Shown: positions 38,049-48,683, counted from the first letter of the stretch. The stretch is DNA of 64,000 nt from an uncultured bacterium (GCA_964579145.1 CAZOGB010000006.1:3003-67002), one strand, 5' to 3'. Notes: generated by a model not told the origin, from the sequence alone. Made by a program: numbers and translations.

Positions 38049-38648
38049 ATGAGACGTTACGCACTGCTGGTGATTGCCCTGCTGTCTCTCTGGCAGACGG
38101 CATGGGCGCAGGCTCCCAAGATACCCGACGCGGTGCAGAAGGCGAACGAGGTACTGATGGCGCTGGCAGATATCGACCTTCTGCTGGTGCTGACCTCCTT
38201 AAAGCTGGACAAAGAGCAGATGGGCAAAATCAAGCCTCTGCTGGAACAGGCACAGAGCGACCTGCTTCGCATGGAGGAACGCAACGCACAGGCTTTGCTG
38301 AGCCTCCGTGACGAGGTGATGTCCGCGAGGAAAGAGGCGCTGAAGGGCAAAACACCCCCGGAAGAACTGCGCAAGAAACTGCAAGAGGCGGATAATGCCG
38401 CCGCGCAGCTGCGCCTCAAAACGATTGACCAGGTGGTACGCACCCTGTGGGCGAAGCTGGATGGCATCCTTTCGGATACTCAGAAACAGACCATCGCCAA
38501 CCAGGCACGCGAGATGATGCGCAGTCTGCGCCGCCCCAACGCCGACAAAGCGAGCCGCAAGGAGCTTGGCGAGTTCTTCACCCAGGAGGTTTTGCTCGCT
38601 CCCCGCACCCTGCCCTTGCTGGAGGAATTACAAAAGGGAACTGAATGA
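38049..38648 (+). CDS. Secreted periplasmic alpha-helical protein (possibly Spy/CpxP-like)
   Basis: Signal peptide MRRYALLVIALLSLWQTAWA. Helical, K/E/Q-rich mature region with the LSDTQKQ motif. ATG at 38049 lies immediately after the bcp stop. Confidence 0.5.
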   Translation: MRRYALLVIALLSLWQTAWAQAPKIPDAVQKANEVLMALADIDLLLVLTSLKLDKEQMGKIKPLLEQAQSDLLRMEERNAQALLSLRDEVMSARKEALKGKTPPEELRKKLQEADNAAAQLRLKTIDQVVRTLWAKLDGILSDTQKQTIANQAREMMRSLRRPNADKASRKELGEFFTQEVLLAPRTLPLLEELQKGTE

Positions 38649-39895
38649 GCCACATCGCCACCGAACCGTCGGTCGTGCGCCGCAACATCATCGCCATTAT
38701 CGGCGATGTGGCGTTCTTCATGGTGGGGTTTTCGTGTTTCGACGCCACCACCGTGATGCCACAGTTCCTGCGCGAGCTGGGAGCCTCGCCCGGACTGATA
38801 GGGGTTATCAGCGGACTGCGATTGCTGGCGCTGTTCGCTCCTCAGCCGTACGTGGCACACTGCATTCACGGAAGGAGGCGCGTGAAATCGTTTCTGGTTA
38901 CTGCCTGCATAGTCGGCAGGCTTCCCATGTTCGTGCTGTTTCTGCTCGTATGGTTTTTCGGTCATAATCACACGCTGGCGCTGTGGGCTTTCGTCTTTTT
39001 CTCCCTGCTCTTTATCGCCTCGGATGGATTCAGCATCGTGCCGTGGACGGAAATCATCGGCAAGTCCATCCCCGAAACCATCCGCGGACGCTTTTTTGGA
39101 GCCATGCAGACCGTCTCCTCGCTGGCTGCGCTGATAGCGCCCGTGCTGGTCAGCAAGATACTCAGCGTCCGTTCGTTAGAGTTTCCTCGCAACTACGCGG
39201 TGCTTATCCTACTGATGGCGACGGGACTGTTCCTCTCGCTGGTGATGCTGTTGTTGATTCGCGAACCCGACAGCCACCCCCAGGAAGACCCCGACCGCAG
39301 TTTTGGGGAGCATCTGCGCCGAATCCCCACGCTGTGGCGTCACGACCCTGCCCTGCGCTGGGTGCTGACCACGCAGTTCCTGCTGGCGGGTGGCGGAGTG
39401 GCTTCCAGCTTCTATGTGCTGTACGCCCGCGAGCGGTTCGGCCTGCCCGAATCGTATGTGGCGATTTACCTGACCGCCCAGACCGTGGGCGCAGTCATCA
39501 CGGGACCGCTGTGGGGAGGGATGGCGGACCGCTTTGGAGCGGTACGTGCCCTGAAGGTAGTGGTCTCGCTGGCGATAGTGCCTCCCCTAGCGGCGCTGTT
39601 GATGCCCGTTGCCTGGGGGTTTGTGCTGGTTTTCGGTTGCCTAGGCGCGCTCAACTGGAGCCTGTGGAACGCCTTTACCAATACCATTCTCTCCATCGCG
39701 CCTCCAGCCGAGCGCCCCACCTATATCGCCCTGCAGAACTTCATGAACCTGCCAGCCTCCATCGCGCCCTTTGTTGGTGGTTTGATAGTCGGCTGGGCAG
39801 GCTATCCCGCGGCATTTGTTACCACCGCCGTGATGGTGACGCTGGGCGCACTGAGTGCCCGACGCATCCCGCAGGCACGCCCCGTGGGCAGGTGA
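38645..39895 (+). CDS. MFS transporter
   Basis: 12 predicted TM helices. The start overlaps the upstream stop (ATGA). Confidence 0.8.
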   Translation: MSHIATEPSVVRRNIIAIIGDVAFFMVGFSCFDATTVMPQFLRELGASPGLIGVISGLRLLALFAPQPYVAHCIHGRRRVKSFLVTACIVGRLPMFVLFLLVWFFGHNHTLALWAFVFFSLLFIASDGFSIVPWTEIIGKSIPETIRGRFFGAMQTVSSLAALIAPVLVSKILSVRSLEFPRNYAVLILLMATGLFLSLVMLLLIREPDSHPQEDPDRSFGEHLRRIPTLWRHDPALRWVLTTQFLLAGGGVASSFYVLYARERFGLPESYVAIYLTAQTVGAVITGPLWGGMADRFGAVRALKVVVSLAIVPPLAALLMPVAWGFVLVFGCLGALNWSLWNAFTNTILSIAPPAERPTYIALQNFMNLPASIAPFVGGLIVGWAGYPAAFVTTAVMVTLGALSARRIPQARPVGR

Positions 39896-39898
39896 ACC

Positions 39899-41827
39899 CT
39901 AACCATGCACCCAGCGCAATGCCTCCGCGTCGGGTAGGGGAGATGGCGAGACTGTCACCGTCGGCGCAAAGGCAGATAGAGGCAACCGCCGCGCCTCCTC
40001 GTCCGAAAGGTGATGCACCAGCACTCGCGCGGGATATGCCAGCACCGCCGCTGTTGCCCAGTCTCCCAGCCTGCGAATGCCCGGCACCCACACGTTCTGC
40101 AGGAAAAAGCCATTACTGCCGTCACAGCCGTTCAGGTCAGCCACCACTGCGTGCATGCCTCGCTCGCAGGATCCCGCCAGCAATGCCCACCAGCCTGCTC
40201 CCTCCACGCCAACCAGCGACACCTGCCGAATGCCCCGTTGAGAGCGCAGGAACGCCAGCGCGGTCAGCGTGTCCTGAACCTGCCACTGCATATCGGTGCG
40301 GTTAAAGGTTTCCGGGAAGTTTCCCTTCAGTTCGCGCCTGCCGAACCGCCGCAGATGGTCGCCCGTGCCGAATGGGTCTGCGGTCACCACTGTGTAACCA
40401 GCCGACAACCAGTCGCGAAGTTCCTGTTCACGCTCTAGCCACGCCTGCGTACCGCCCGGATGCAGTAACAGCACGGCTTTTCCCGTGCGTCCACCATCTG
40501 GCTCAAAGAGTCCAGCGAACAATACCTCGCGCGTGACACGTCGCCGAAGCGCAAAATATCCGTGCGGAACGGGAGCATTTCTCCGTTCTGTGCTGAGCAC
40601 CTCTACTTGCGCGGGCGTGACCGTCTCCACCGCAAGCGTGTGCTTCCATGCAGTGCCTATCCACCGTCGGAAGGCAGGGATGCCGCCTGTCGAGCGCGGG
40701 AAGTGAGAGCGTAACAGCTCCGCATCGCGCTGGCGCAGGGATTCCAGCACCGCCTCTCCGCGCGCAAAGCCCGGGGGCAGGGTTCCATCGGGAAAGACGC
40801 GTACCTTCTCGGGATGGTCTACGGTGAACGGAGGCTCGTGGTCGGGCGCCTCTACTCCCAGCCACCTGCCGAAAAAGGCGTACACCGCCTCGCGGCTGGC
40901 GCGGTTATAGTTATGATCTGCCTCATAGCGCACCGCCGATATCCGCGCCTCCGCACCCAGCAAAGCGTATATCGCCCGGGCAGCGGGGTACTCCTCTTCC
41001 ATGGTGTGGTTCGTCCAGTCGCCGGTGGCGGCGACCAGGAGGAGCGGGCGCGGCGCGGCGAGCGCGGCAATCTCCACGTTGTTGGTGGGTTCCAGCCTCA
41101 GTCCCGGCGCGTTCTCACAGAAACAGCCACCCTGATAGTGCGCGGATACCATGCACACCGGCGCCGCTGCTGATACACGACTGTCCACTGCCGTCAGCAG
41201 GAAGGTCTGAGTGCCCCCGCCGGACGAGCCGGTGCACCCGATGCGTTTGCTGTCCACATCTTTCAGCGAGAGCAGGAAATCCAGAGCGCGGATGCTGTTC
41301 CACAACTGCAGGCGCAGGAGATGAATACCCCACAGTTCCCACTCCTTCGAGATGCGCTGGTGGGGCAACTGCAGGCTATCGTTGTAACCGACCATATCGT
41401 ACGAGAACGCGATGTAGCCCTGTCGCGCGAGGTTGACGCTTAGCCCCGCATAGGAGGTGGCATTGTTGTCATTGGGATCGTTTTCCAATCTGCCGTTCCT
41501 GGCATGTCCGTGGGGGCACAGCACCGCGGGGAAGGGGGGCTTTCTGCCTACCGGGCGATACAGGTTACCCGTGCACAGGAAGCCCGGAAAGCTCTGGAAA
41601 TACACTTTCTGCACGCTGTAGTCCGCGTGCTCGATACGTCCAAAAACCTGTGCCTTCAACGGCGTGCGAGGCGGCAGGGGAAGCAGTCCTGCGCTGCTGA
41701 GGATATGTTCTCTCAACCACCGCGCCCGCGCCTCCCACTGCTGGCGGGAAGTATAAGCGGGCGTGGGCAGGTGCATCTCTCCATGCCGGACGTTGGTCAC
41801 CCGCTCATCACGCAACGGAGCCTGCAT
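39899..41827 (-). CDS. Alpha/beta hydrolase family protein (acetylxylan-esterase-like, two-domain)
   Basis: The nucleophile elbow is GCTGSSGGG within an alpha/beta-hydrolase core. Start is reassigned to the ATG at 41827 (MQAPLRDE...) with GGAGGA 6 nt upstream. The listed start at 42043 would translate the intergenic repeat element. Confidence 0.65.
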   Translation of the reverse strand: MQAPLRDERVTNVRHGEMHLPTPAYTSRQQWEARARWLREHILSSAGLLPLPPRTPLKAQVFGRIEHADYSVQKVYFQSFPGFLCTGNLYRPVGRKPPFPAVLCPHGHARNGRLENDPNDNNATSYAGLSVNLARQGYIAFSYDMVGYNDSLQLPHQRISKEWELWGIHLLRLQLWNSIRALDFLLSLKDVDSKRIGCTGSSGGGTQTFLLTAVDSRVSAAAPVCMVSAHYQGGCFCENAPGLRLEPTNNVEIAALAAPRPLLLVAATGDWTNHTMEEEYPAARAIYALLGAEARISAVRYEADHNYNRASREAVYAFFGRWLGVEAPDHEPPFTVDHPEKVRVFPDGTLPPGFARGEAVLESLRQRDAELLRSHFPRSTGGIPAFRRWIGTAWKHTLAVETVTPAQVEVLSTERRNAPVPHGYFALRRRVTREVLFAGLFEPDGGRTGKAVLLLHPGGTQAWLEREQELRDWLSAGYTVVTADPFGTGDHLRRFGRRELKGNFPETFNRTDMQWQVQDTLTALAFLRSQRGIRQVSLVGVEGAGWWALLAGSCERGMHAVVADLNGCDGSNGFFLQNVWVPGIRRLGDWATAAVLAYPARVLVHHLSDEEARRLPLSAFAPTVTVSPSPLPDAEALRWVHG

Positions 41828-41897
41828 CTTCTGTCCTCCCCCGAAGGATACAATGATGGAGGTGTGATACGTTGATAGGGGATGTTTTTCCTGCTGA

Positions 41898-42040
41898 GCA
41901 CTATTTTGGAGTGCTGAAGCTTGCTTCAGCAGACCCTTAACCTGCGTGAGCAGGTTTCGTTCTGTGTAGCCTGCGATTTCCAATTGCAAGGGCAGAATCT
42001 TTGGACCGCTGCAGCACGGCTTCAGCAATCCATAAACCTG
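41898..42040. repeat. Palindromic intergenic repeat cluster (same family as 34951..35127)
   Basis: Three pieces in order. First, the gctgaagcttgcttcagc hairpin. Second, the unit cttaacctgcgtgagcaggtttcgttctgtgtagcctgcgatttccaattgcaagggcag. Third, gctgcagcacggcttcagc. Confidence 0.6.
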
Positions 42041-42046
42041 CACTGT

Positions 42047-43114
42047 TCACTCATCCCCAATTGCGCCGAAGTTGCGCACCAGAATACCGAAGTCGAACAG
42101 GGTGACCTCTTCATCCCCGTCCAGGTCGGCATTTGGGTTCCAACCGCTGTCACCGGGCATCGTGCCAAAGGCAGACACCAGCTGCCCGAAGTCAAACAGC
42201 GTCACCTCGTTATCGCCGTCGATGTCCCCGTTGGTCAGCGTGAAGTTCGCTATGGTATCGCCCGTGATGGAGACGTCCGTCAGCGTCTGTCTCAGCCAGT
42301 GAGAAGCCTTCGCGGACAGGTCGTAGGTGCCGCGCAGGAGAGTCTGGAACGAGTATCTGCCCTCCCCATCAAGGTTGACCACGTGCGTTTCCATGGCGTC
42401 GGTGCTTCCCGGATTGCGTATCTCCATAGTGACCGGTATGCCTGTTAGGTCGCCCTCGTAGTCCCTCAATTCCACTGTGCCGCTGATGGTGACGGTTGCT
42501 CTGCCTTCAATGGTGAAGGCAAGGTCCTGTTCGGTGAGCCAGCCTCCGCCCACTGGGTTGCCCCCAAAGCCCCAGCCGCCGCCCGGGTTGTGCAGGTAGA
42601 ACGGCTCGCCGAGCGTGGGGCTGGTGCGAAGCCAGAACCACTGTCCGCCGTCATTGCCCGTGCCGTCGTTGTTGAGGTCAAAGGGACGCTGAACCCATGC
42701 GCTCAGGTAATAGGTGCCGGGCGGCAGATAGAAGCCGTTCAGTTCAAACACCAGGTCCGCCCGCCTCCGCAGGGGCCACTCTCCCGGCTCCAGCACCACC
42801 TCCGTGCCCATCGCCACCACGTCTATCACATCTACATGCGGCGCAGGCGAGATGGACAGATACACCCCCAGGTTATAGGTGGGGTCGCCCTGCTCACTGC
42901 CGTAAACCGTTACATGGTCAATCCACCAGCCGGGTTCAGGCACGGTGAAATCATCAAACAGCCAGACCGAATAGATGCGGTTTGCGGTGTCGGTGAAATC
43001 CTGAGCGGGACTGCCCCGGCTGACGCCATCCCAGGGCTGGTCCCACAGCACATCGGCGCGAAGTACGGAGACACCAAATGCCAGCGCCAGCAACAGCGAT
43101 GCAAGCCACTTCAT
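42047..43114 (-). CDS. Secreted protein with C-terminal dockerin-type calcium-binding repeats
   Basis: Signal peptide MKWLASLLLALAFGVSVLRA. Two tandem dockerin-like segments: DIDGDNEVTLFDFGQLVSAF and DLDGDEEVTLFDFGILVRNF. Confidence 0.65.
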   Translation of the reverse strand: MKWLASLLLALAFGVSVLRADVLWDQPWDGVSRGSPAQDFTDTANRIYSVWLFDDFTVPEPGWWIDHVTVYGSEQGDPTYNLGVYLSISPAPHVDVIDVVAMGTEVVLEPGEWPLRRRADLVFELNGFYLPPGTYYLSAWVQRPFDLNNDGTGNDGGQWFWLRTSPTLGEPFYLHNPGGGWGFGGNPVGGGWLTEQDLAFTIEGRATVTISGTVELRDYEGDLTGIPVTMEIRNPGSTDAMETHVVNLDGEGRYSFQTLLRGTYDLSAKASHWLRQTLTDVSITGDTIANFTLTNGDIDGDNEVTLFDFGQLVSAFGTMPGDSGWNPNADLDGDEEVTLFDFGILVRNFGAIGDE

Positions 43115-43142
43115 ACAAACCTCCTCCTTTCTCCCAAACCTG

Positions 43143-43535
43143 TCAGGGTTTGATGGAATCGAAGTATCTCCTCACCGGCTGGCGGTATTCGGGAGGAACG
43201 GTTTCACGCTGGAGGGCGCTTTCCGCCGCCCGCCGGTACTGGATGTACACGTCGTAGCTGGGCGTTCCACTGCTCACCGCATCAGGAGCGCCTCGCGTGA
43301 CAAAGGCAGGTGTCTCGCTGGGCCCGCTGGCAACGCCGGGAACCTGCGTGAACTTGCCACCCTTGACGTTCAAACGCGCCGTATCTTTGTCCTGCTGGGC
43401 GCGGTATTCCAGCTTCTCCAGTTTGGGACCGGTGGCAGGCAGTCCTGGTCCACCGCCGAAGCGCTTCTCATACGAGTTCATCGCTACGGGCAGTCCACCC
43501 ATCTCGCTCTTCAGCGCGGCAAGCAACGCTGCCAT
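43143..43535 (-). CDS. 130-codon ORF in-frame with and immediately downstream of the 403-codon ORF (possible C-terminal continuation)
   Basis: ATG at 43535 has no Shine-Dalgarno. It is in the same frame as 43581..44792, separated only by one TGA plus 15 open codons. See findings. Confidence 0.4.
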   Translation of the reverse strand: MAALLAALKSEMGGLPVAMNSYEKRFGGGPGLPATGPKLEKLEYRAQQDKDTARLNVKGGKFTQVPGVASGPSETPAFVTRGAPDAVSSGTPSYDVYIQYRRAAESALQRETVPPEYRQPVRRYFDSIKP

Positions 43536-43580
43536 TTCTGCCCACTGGCGCGCATCCAGCGCGCACGCCCCTGCGGACAG

Positions 43581-44792
43581 TCAGGTACCTCCCGCCTTCT
43601 GAATCCATTTCACCGCCTGCTGGAGGTCACCGATTTTGAGGTTTTTCAACGCCTCCTGCAGCTCCTTAGCGGCGGCATCCAGCTGCGTGCCCTGCAGAGC
43701 CTGCGCCAGCTGGCGCATTAGCTCCTCCAGCTTTTTGCGCTCTTCGGGGGAGAGATTGTTCCACTGCTTGGCAATCTGGTTCAACAGTTCGCCCAGCTTC
43801 TGCATATCCTGCTGGGATAGCGCGAGAGCCATTTGCAGTGCTATCTCGCTGGCGAAGGGTGTGGACGATTGCAGTCGGTTTTGCTGGGCGTTTCGGACGG
43901 AGGTGGGGGTGTTCTGTCCACCTTTTGTGTTGATGGAGGCGGTTTTCAGGGTGGCGCCAAGCTCTCGCTCCAGCTTCGCTTGCTGGATTTGCTGTTGCAC
44001 TGCGCGAGCGCTCAGAAACTCGTTCGCGGCACGCTGTATCGGCTTGCCCGAGTTCGCCTGCGCCAGCCTGCGCTGTTGCTCCTCCGCCTCGCGCTGCAGA
44101 CGCGACATCTTCACCAGCGCTTCGCGCTTGCTCAGGCGGGCGCGCTTCATCTGCTTCGCCAGCGATTCCAGCTGGGCGGCAAGCCGACGCATCTTTTCCC
44201 TGTCCTGTCCCGTTGCCTGCTTGCGCCACTCTTTCGCCAGCTGCTCCGCGCGTTCGCCTGCCTGGCGCATCGCTTGCTTCTGCTGACGCACCTGCGGCGA
44301 CTGGAACCATGCAAGGTCTGGAGCGAACCACAGGAAAACGGCTAATGCGGTGACCGCCAGCGCACCCCAGAAGGCACGAGGCAGGGGAACCCTCGCCAGA
44401 TTATGCAGATTCAACGATTGGGCATAGCTCTCGGCATCCTGCATCTGCAGAAGCTCCATTTCGCCCTGCGCCTCGCGGCGGGACAGCCAGTGCACGGTGC
44501 TCAATCGCTCCTTCGTCTGCGCCTTCCGATCTAACCACAGGGCGACCTGCTCCTCGCTCAACCGGCGCGTTGCCCCGAACGCCAGTCCAGCCAGCGCGAG
44601 AGCAAGCGTGACGCCCACAGGGTAGGCGTAGTGAACGTCCCACTGCAGTGCCCATGCCAGCGCAAGCCACAACGCGCTTGCCACCGCACCCGCAAACCAT
44701 CCCCCGCATATTCCGCGCAGAATATAGCTTGCCCGGGCGCGCCTGATGGTGTATCGGATAGCCTTCTGCCACGTCGTGGATGGCTCGGTCAA
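43581..44792 (-). CDS. Membrane-anchored coiled-coil protein of unknown function
   Basis: TTG start at 44792 with GAGGGGG 8 nt upstream. Three N-terminal TM helices, then a long Q/E/K/R-rich predicted coiled coil. It ends at a TGA. Confidence 0.55.
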   Translation of the reverse strand: MTEPSTTWQKAIRYTIRRARASYILRGICGGWFAGAVASALWLALAWALQWDVHYAYPVGVTLALALAGLAFGATRRLSEEQVALWLDRKAQTKERLSTVHWLSRREAQGEMELLQMQDAESYAQSLNLHNLARVPLPRAFWGALAVTALAVFLWFAPDLAWFQSPQVRQQKQAMRQAGERAEQLAKEWRKQATGQDREKMRRLAAQLESLAKQMKRARLSKREALVKMSRLQREAEEQQRRLAQANSGKPIQRAANEFLSARAVQQQIQQAKLERELGATLKTASINTKGGQNTPTSVRNAQQNRLQSSTPFASEIALQMALALSQQDMQKLGELLNQIAKQWNNLSPEERKKLEELMRQLAQALQGTQLDAAAKELQEALKNLKIGDLQQAVKWIQKAGGT

Positions 44793-44864
44793 CCGTATCG
44801 CCCCCTCTGTACTCCTTTGCTTCAGTTTACACTCTATTAGCAGGACATTGCAAGCGGTCTGGTT

Positions 44865-44999
44865 CTATTCCAGCGAGGCGTAGCGCAGACGACGGGCAAC
44901 TCCTAACATCTGGCTCGCCGTCAGGCTCTCTTTGCCTGCATACGCCCGCTGGCGGTCGTTGCGGTCGAAAAGCTGGCGTAGTTGCTGACGCCTGTCCAT
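44865..44999 (-). CDS. Possible 44-aa basic protein, first gene of the operon
   Basis: Absent from the ORF track. ATG at 44999 is 6 nt after AGGGGGA. MDRRQQLRQLFDRNDRQRAYAGKESLTASQMLGVARRLRYASLE. It lies 72 nt upstream of the 403-codon ORF. Confidence 0.3.
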   Translation of the reverse strand: MDRRQQLRQLFDRNDRQRAYAGKESLTASQMLGVARRLRYASLE

Positions 45000-45180
45000 G
45001 CAGTATCCCCCTTATCCCTTGCCGGGCACGTGGTTTGTCCACGAAACAACCTTTCTCCTGCTCATGAAGAGAGGGAAAACAGTTTGACTTTCAGAAAGGT
45101 AAGCGGGGGCAAGCAGGAATCGGTGTGCGGGACATATAATTAGTGATGCAAAGCATTACGGGTACAGGGGGCGATGTATT

Positions 45181-46260
45181 GTGGAATGCGAAACCTTCTC
45201 GATTCTGGCGAAGGTGTCCGACATCACGGTGGAGCGTCATATCCCCTTCAACGTGATGTTCGAGCTGACGCACCGCTGTAACACGCGCTGTAAGCACTGC
45301 TACCAGCACCATCCCAAACGCGCGGACGGCGAGCTGAGCACCGAAGAGTGGTGCCGGGTGATGGATGACCTGGCAGAAGCAGGCACGCTGTATTTGACGC
45401 TTACCGGCGGGGAGGTGCTGCTGCGCAAGGACTTTTTTGAGATTGCCCGCTACGCCCGCAAGAAACGCTTCGCGCTGAAGATATACACCAACGGCACGCT
45501 GATTACGCCCGCTGTTGCCCAGAAGATTGCCGACCTGCGCCCCTTCACGGTGGAAATCAGCGTGTACGGCTCCAACGCGGAAACGCACGACGCCATGACA
45601 CAGGTGAAGGGCAGTTTTGACCGGGTCATCCGCGCGGTGAGGTTGCTCGTTGGGCTGGGTCAGCGTGTGATCCTGAAGTGCCCGCTGGCAACCTCCAGCT
45701 TCGGCCAGTACGAGGACATCATGCAGATGGCACAGGATCTCGGCGCGGAATATCGCTTCGACCCGACCATCGCACCCATGAACGACGGCGACATGTGCCC
45801 TACGAACCTGCGCATCGGCGTGGAGGAACTGATGAAGCTGTACGACGACGAGCGCGTGTTTAAGAAAAAAGGTCTACCCTCCATGGGACCGAACGACAAA
45901 GTGAAGATGTGCGACGCCGGGCGCAACAGTCTGGCGATTAACCCGTGGGGCGAGGTTTATCCCTGCGTGCAGATGCTCATCCCCTGCGGCAACGTGCGCG
46001 AAAAGTCCATCCTGGAGATATGGTATGGCTCGCGCGAGCTGCGCCACCTGCGAAACATCACTCCTGACGACCTGGCGCAATGCCAGAGCTGTGACGTGAA
46101 GCAGTATTGCAGTCGCTGTCCCGGCCAGGCTCTACTGGAGGATGGCAGCTTGACCGGCTGTCAGAGCAGAGCGAGGGTCATTGCCCGTATCCGCAAACGC
46201 CTGGCGGAACAGCAGGCGTCCCAGCAGGGCGGCAGTAACCTCCTGCGCGTGGTGGCTTAG
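45181..46260 (+). CDS. Radical SAM protein with C-terminal SPASM domain (peptide/cofactor maturase type)
   Basis: CNTRCKHC is the CxxxCxxC radical SAM cluster motif. The C-terminal Cys-rich SPASM region is CDAGRNSLAINPWGEVYPCVQ...CQSCDVKQYCSRCPG. GTG start with AGGGGG about 10 nt upstream. Confidence 0.85.
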   Translation: MECETFSILAKVSDITVERHIPFNVMFELTHRCNTRCKHCYQHHPKRADGELSTEEWCRVMDDLAEAGTLYLTLTGGEVLLRKDFFEIARYARKKRFALKIYTNGTLITPAVAQKIADLRPFTVEISVYGSNAETHDAMTQVKGSFDRVIRAVRLLVGLGQRVILKCPLATSSFGQYEDIMQMAQDLGAEYRFDPTIAPMNDGDMCPTNLRIGVEELMKLYDDERVFKKKGLPSMGPNDKVKMCDAGRNSLAINPWGEVYPCVQMLIPCGNVREKSILEIWYGSRELRHLRNITPDDLAQCQSCDVKQYCSRCPGQALLEDGSLTGCQSRARVIARIRKRLAEQQASQQGGSNLLRVVA

Positions 46261-46320
46261 AGACACGACGTTCCAGGATGGCTCCCGCCGCCCGTTTCAT
46301 CGCCGGTTTCAGCCGTTCGG

Positions 46321-47592
<1,272 letters not shown>

Positions 47593-47627
47593 TCAGATAG
47601 TATGCTTTTATCGCGAGAGACCGCGTT

Positions 47628-48683
47628 CTACGCGGTTCCCACTTGATTGTCCTTGCGCACCGGGTCCACGATGACCCCGTCGAACACCGCGGCGTTGGAC
47701 TTCACACGACAGCCCTTGCCCACCACACAGCGTACCAGCATCGTGTCGCGCATGACCACTGCCCCTTCCCATAGAATGCTCTCCTGAACGGTGGCGTTGT
47801 CTTCCACCACGCAGTTATCGCCCAGCACGGTGTATTCCAGCACCTTCGCGCCCGGACCGATTTCGCAGTTGTTGCCAATCACCACCGGGTAGCCAATTTC
47901 GGCGGTGGGGTCTATCTTGACATCCTTGCCAATCCACACGTATTTACGCCTCTCGGGATAGGGAATGCACAGGGACACTCTGCCCTGCATGGCGTCCACG
48001 TGCGTCTGCTGATAGGTGCGCAGGTTGCCCACGTCCTTCCAGTAAGAAGAGGTGAGGAAGCCGTAGAAGGGGCGTCGCTGTTCCAGCAAAAGAGGCAGAA
48101 GGTTCGCCCCGAAGCCATAGGTCACCCCGCGCGGAATCAGGTCAAATATCTCCGGCTCGAACACGTACACGCCCGTGTTCGCCGCGTTGGAAAAGATGAC
48201 CTCGCCGCGCGGTTTCTCTAAGAATCGCGTGATGCGTCCGCGCTCGTTCAACAGGGCGATACCGTACTCCGACGGGTCATCCACCAGAGACAGGGCGATG
48301 GTGGCAATCGCACGCTTCTCTTTATGGTAGCGCAGGAGGCGGGTGAGGTCCAGGTCGGTGATGTCGTCGCCGCCGATGACGATAAAGGTGTCGTCAAAGA
48401 AGTGCTCGCACCGTTTGACGCTACCGGCATCACCCCACAGGCGGTCTTCCTTGGAGTAGTGGATACGCACTCCCCACTTCGAGCCGTCACCAAAGTGGCT
48501 TTCAATCTGGTCGCCCAGATAATACAGGTTGACCATAATCTCGGTGAAGCCGTGCCGTTTCAGCAGTTCCACAATATGCTCCATGACCGGACGGTTCACG
48601 ATGGGCACCATCGGCTTGGGCACGTTTCGGGTAAGCGGGTCGAGGCGTGACCCCACTCCTGCTGCCAGAATCATCGCTTTCAT
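47628..48683 (-). CDS. Sugar-phosphate nucleotidyltransferase with C-terminal left-handed beta-helix
   Basis: MKAMILAAGVGSRLDPLTRNVPKPMVPIVNRPVMEHIV is the NTP-transferase G-loop. Hexapeptide repeats follow. The start overlaps the DegT stop as ATGA. Confidence 0.8.
   Translation of the reverse strand: MKAMILAAGVGSRLDPLTRNVPKPMVPIVNRPVMEHIVELLKRHGFTEIMVNLYYLGDQIESHFGDGSKWGVRIHYSKEDRLWGDAGSVKRCEHFFDDTFIVIGGDDITDLDLTRLLRYHKEKRAIATIALSLVDDPSEYGIALLNERGRITRFLEKPRGEVIFSNAANTGVYVFEPEIFDLIPRGVTYGFGANLLPLLLEQRRPFYGFLTSSYWKDVGNLRTYQQTHVDAMQGRVSLCIPYPERRKYVWIGKDVKIDPTAEIGYPVVIGNNCEIGPGAKVLEYTVLGDNCVVEDNATVQESILWEGAVVMRDTMLVRCVVGKGCRVKSNAAVFDGVIVDPVRKDNQVGTA

Noticed and set aside
41828-42043. Listed start at 42043 for the alpha/beta hydrolase
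   Set aside because: The first 72 codons would translate the palindromic repeat element. The ATG at 41827 has a strong GGAGGA Shine-Dalgarno 6 nt upstream.
45146-45256. 36-codon plus-strand ORF overlapping the rSAM start as a possible precursor peptide
   Set aside because: It has no Shine-Dalgarno sequence, lies in a different frame overlapping the enzyme's own start, and has no Cys residues (the sequence is MQSITGTGGDVLWNAKPSRFWRRCPTSRWSVISPST, with one Cys only). It is most likely chance.
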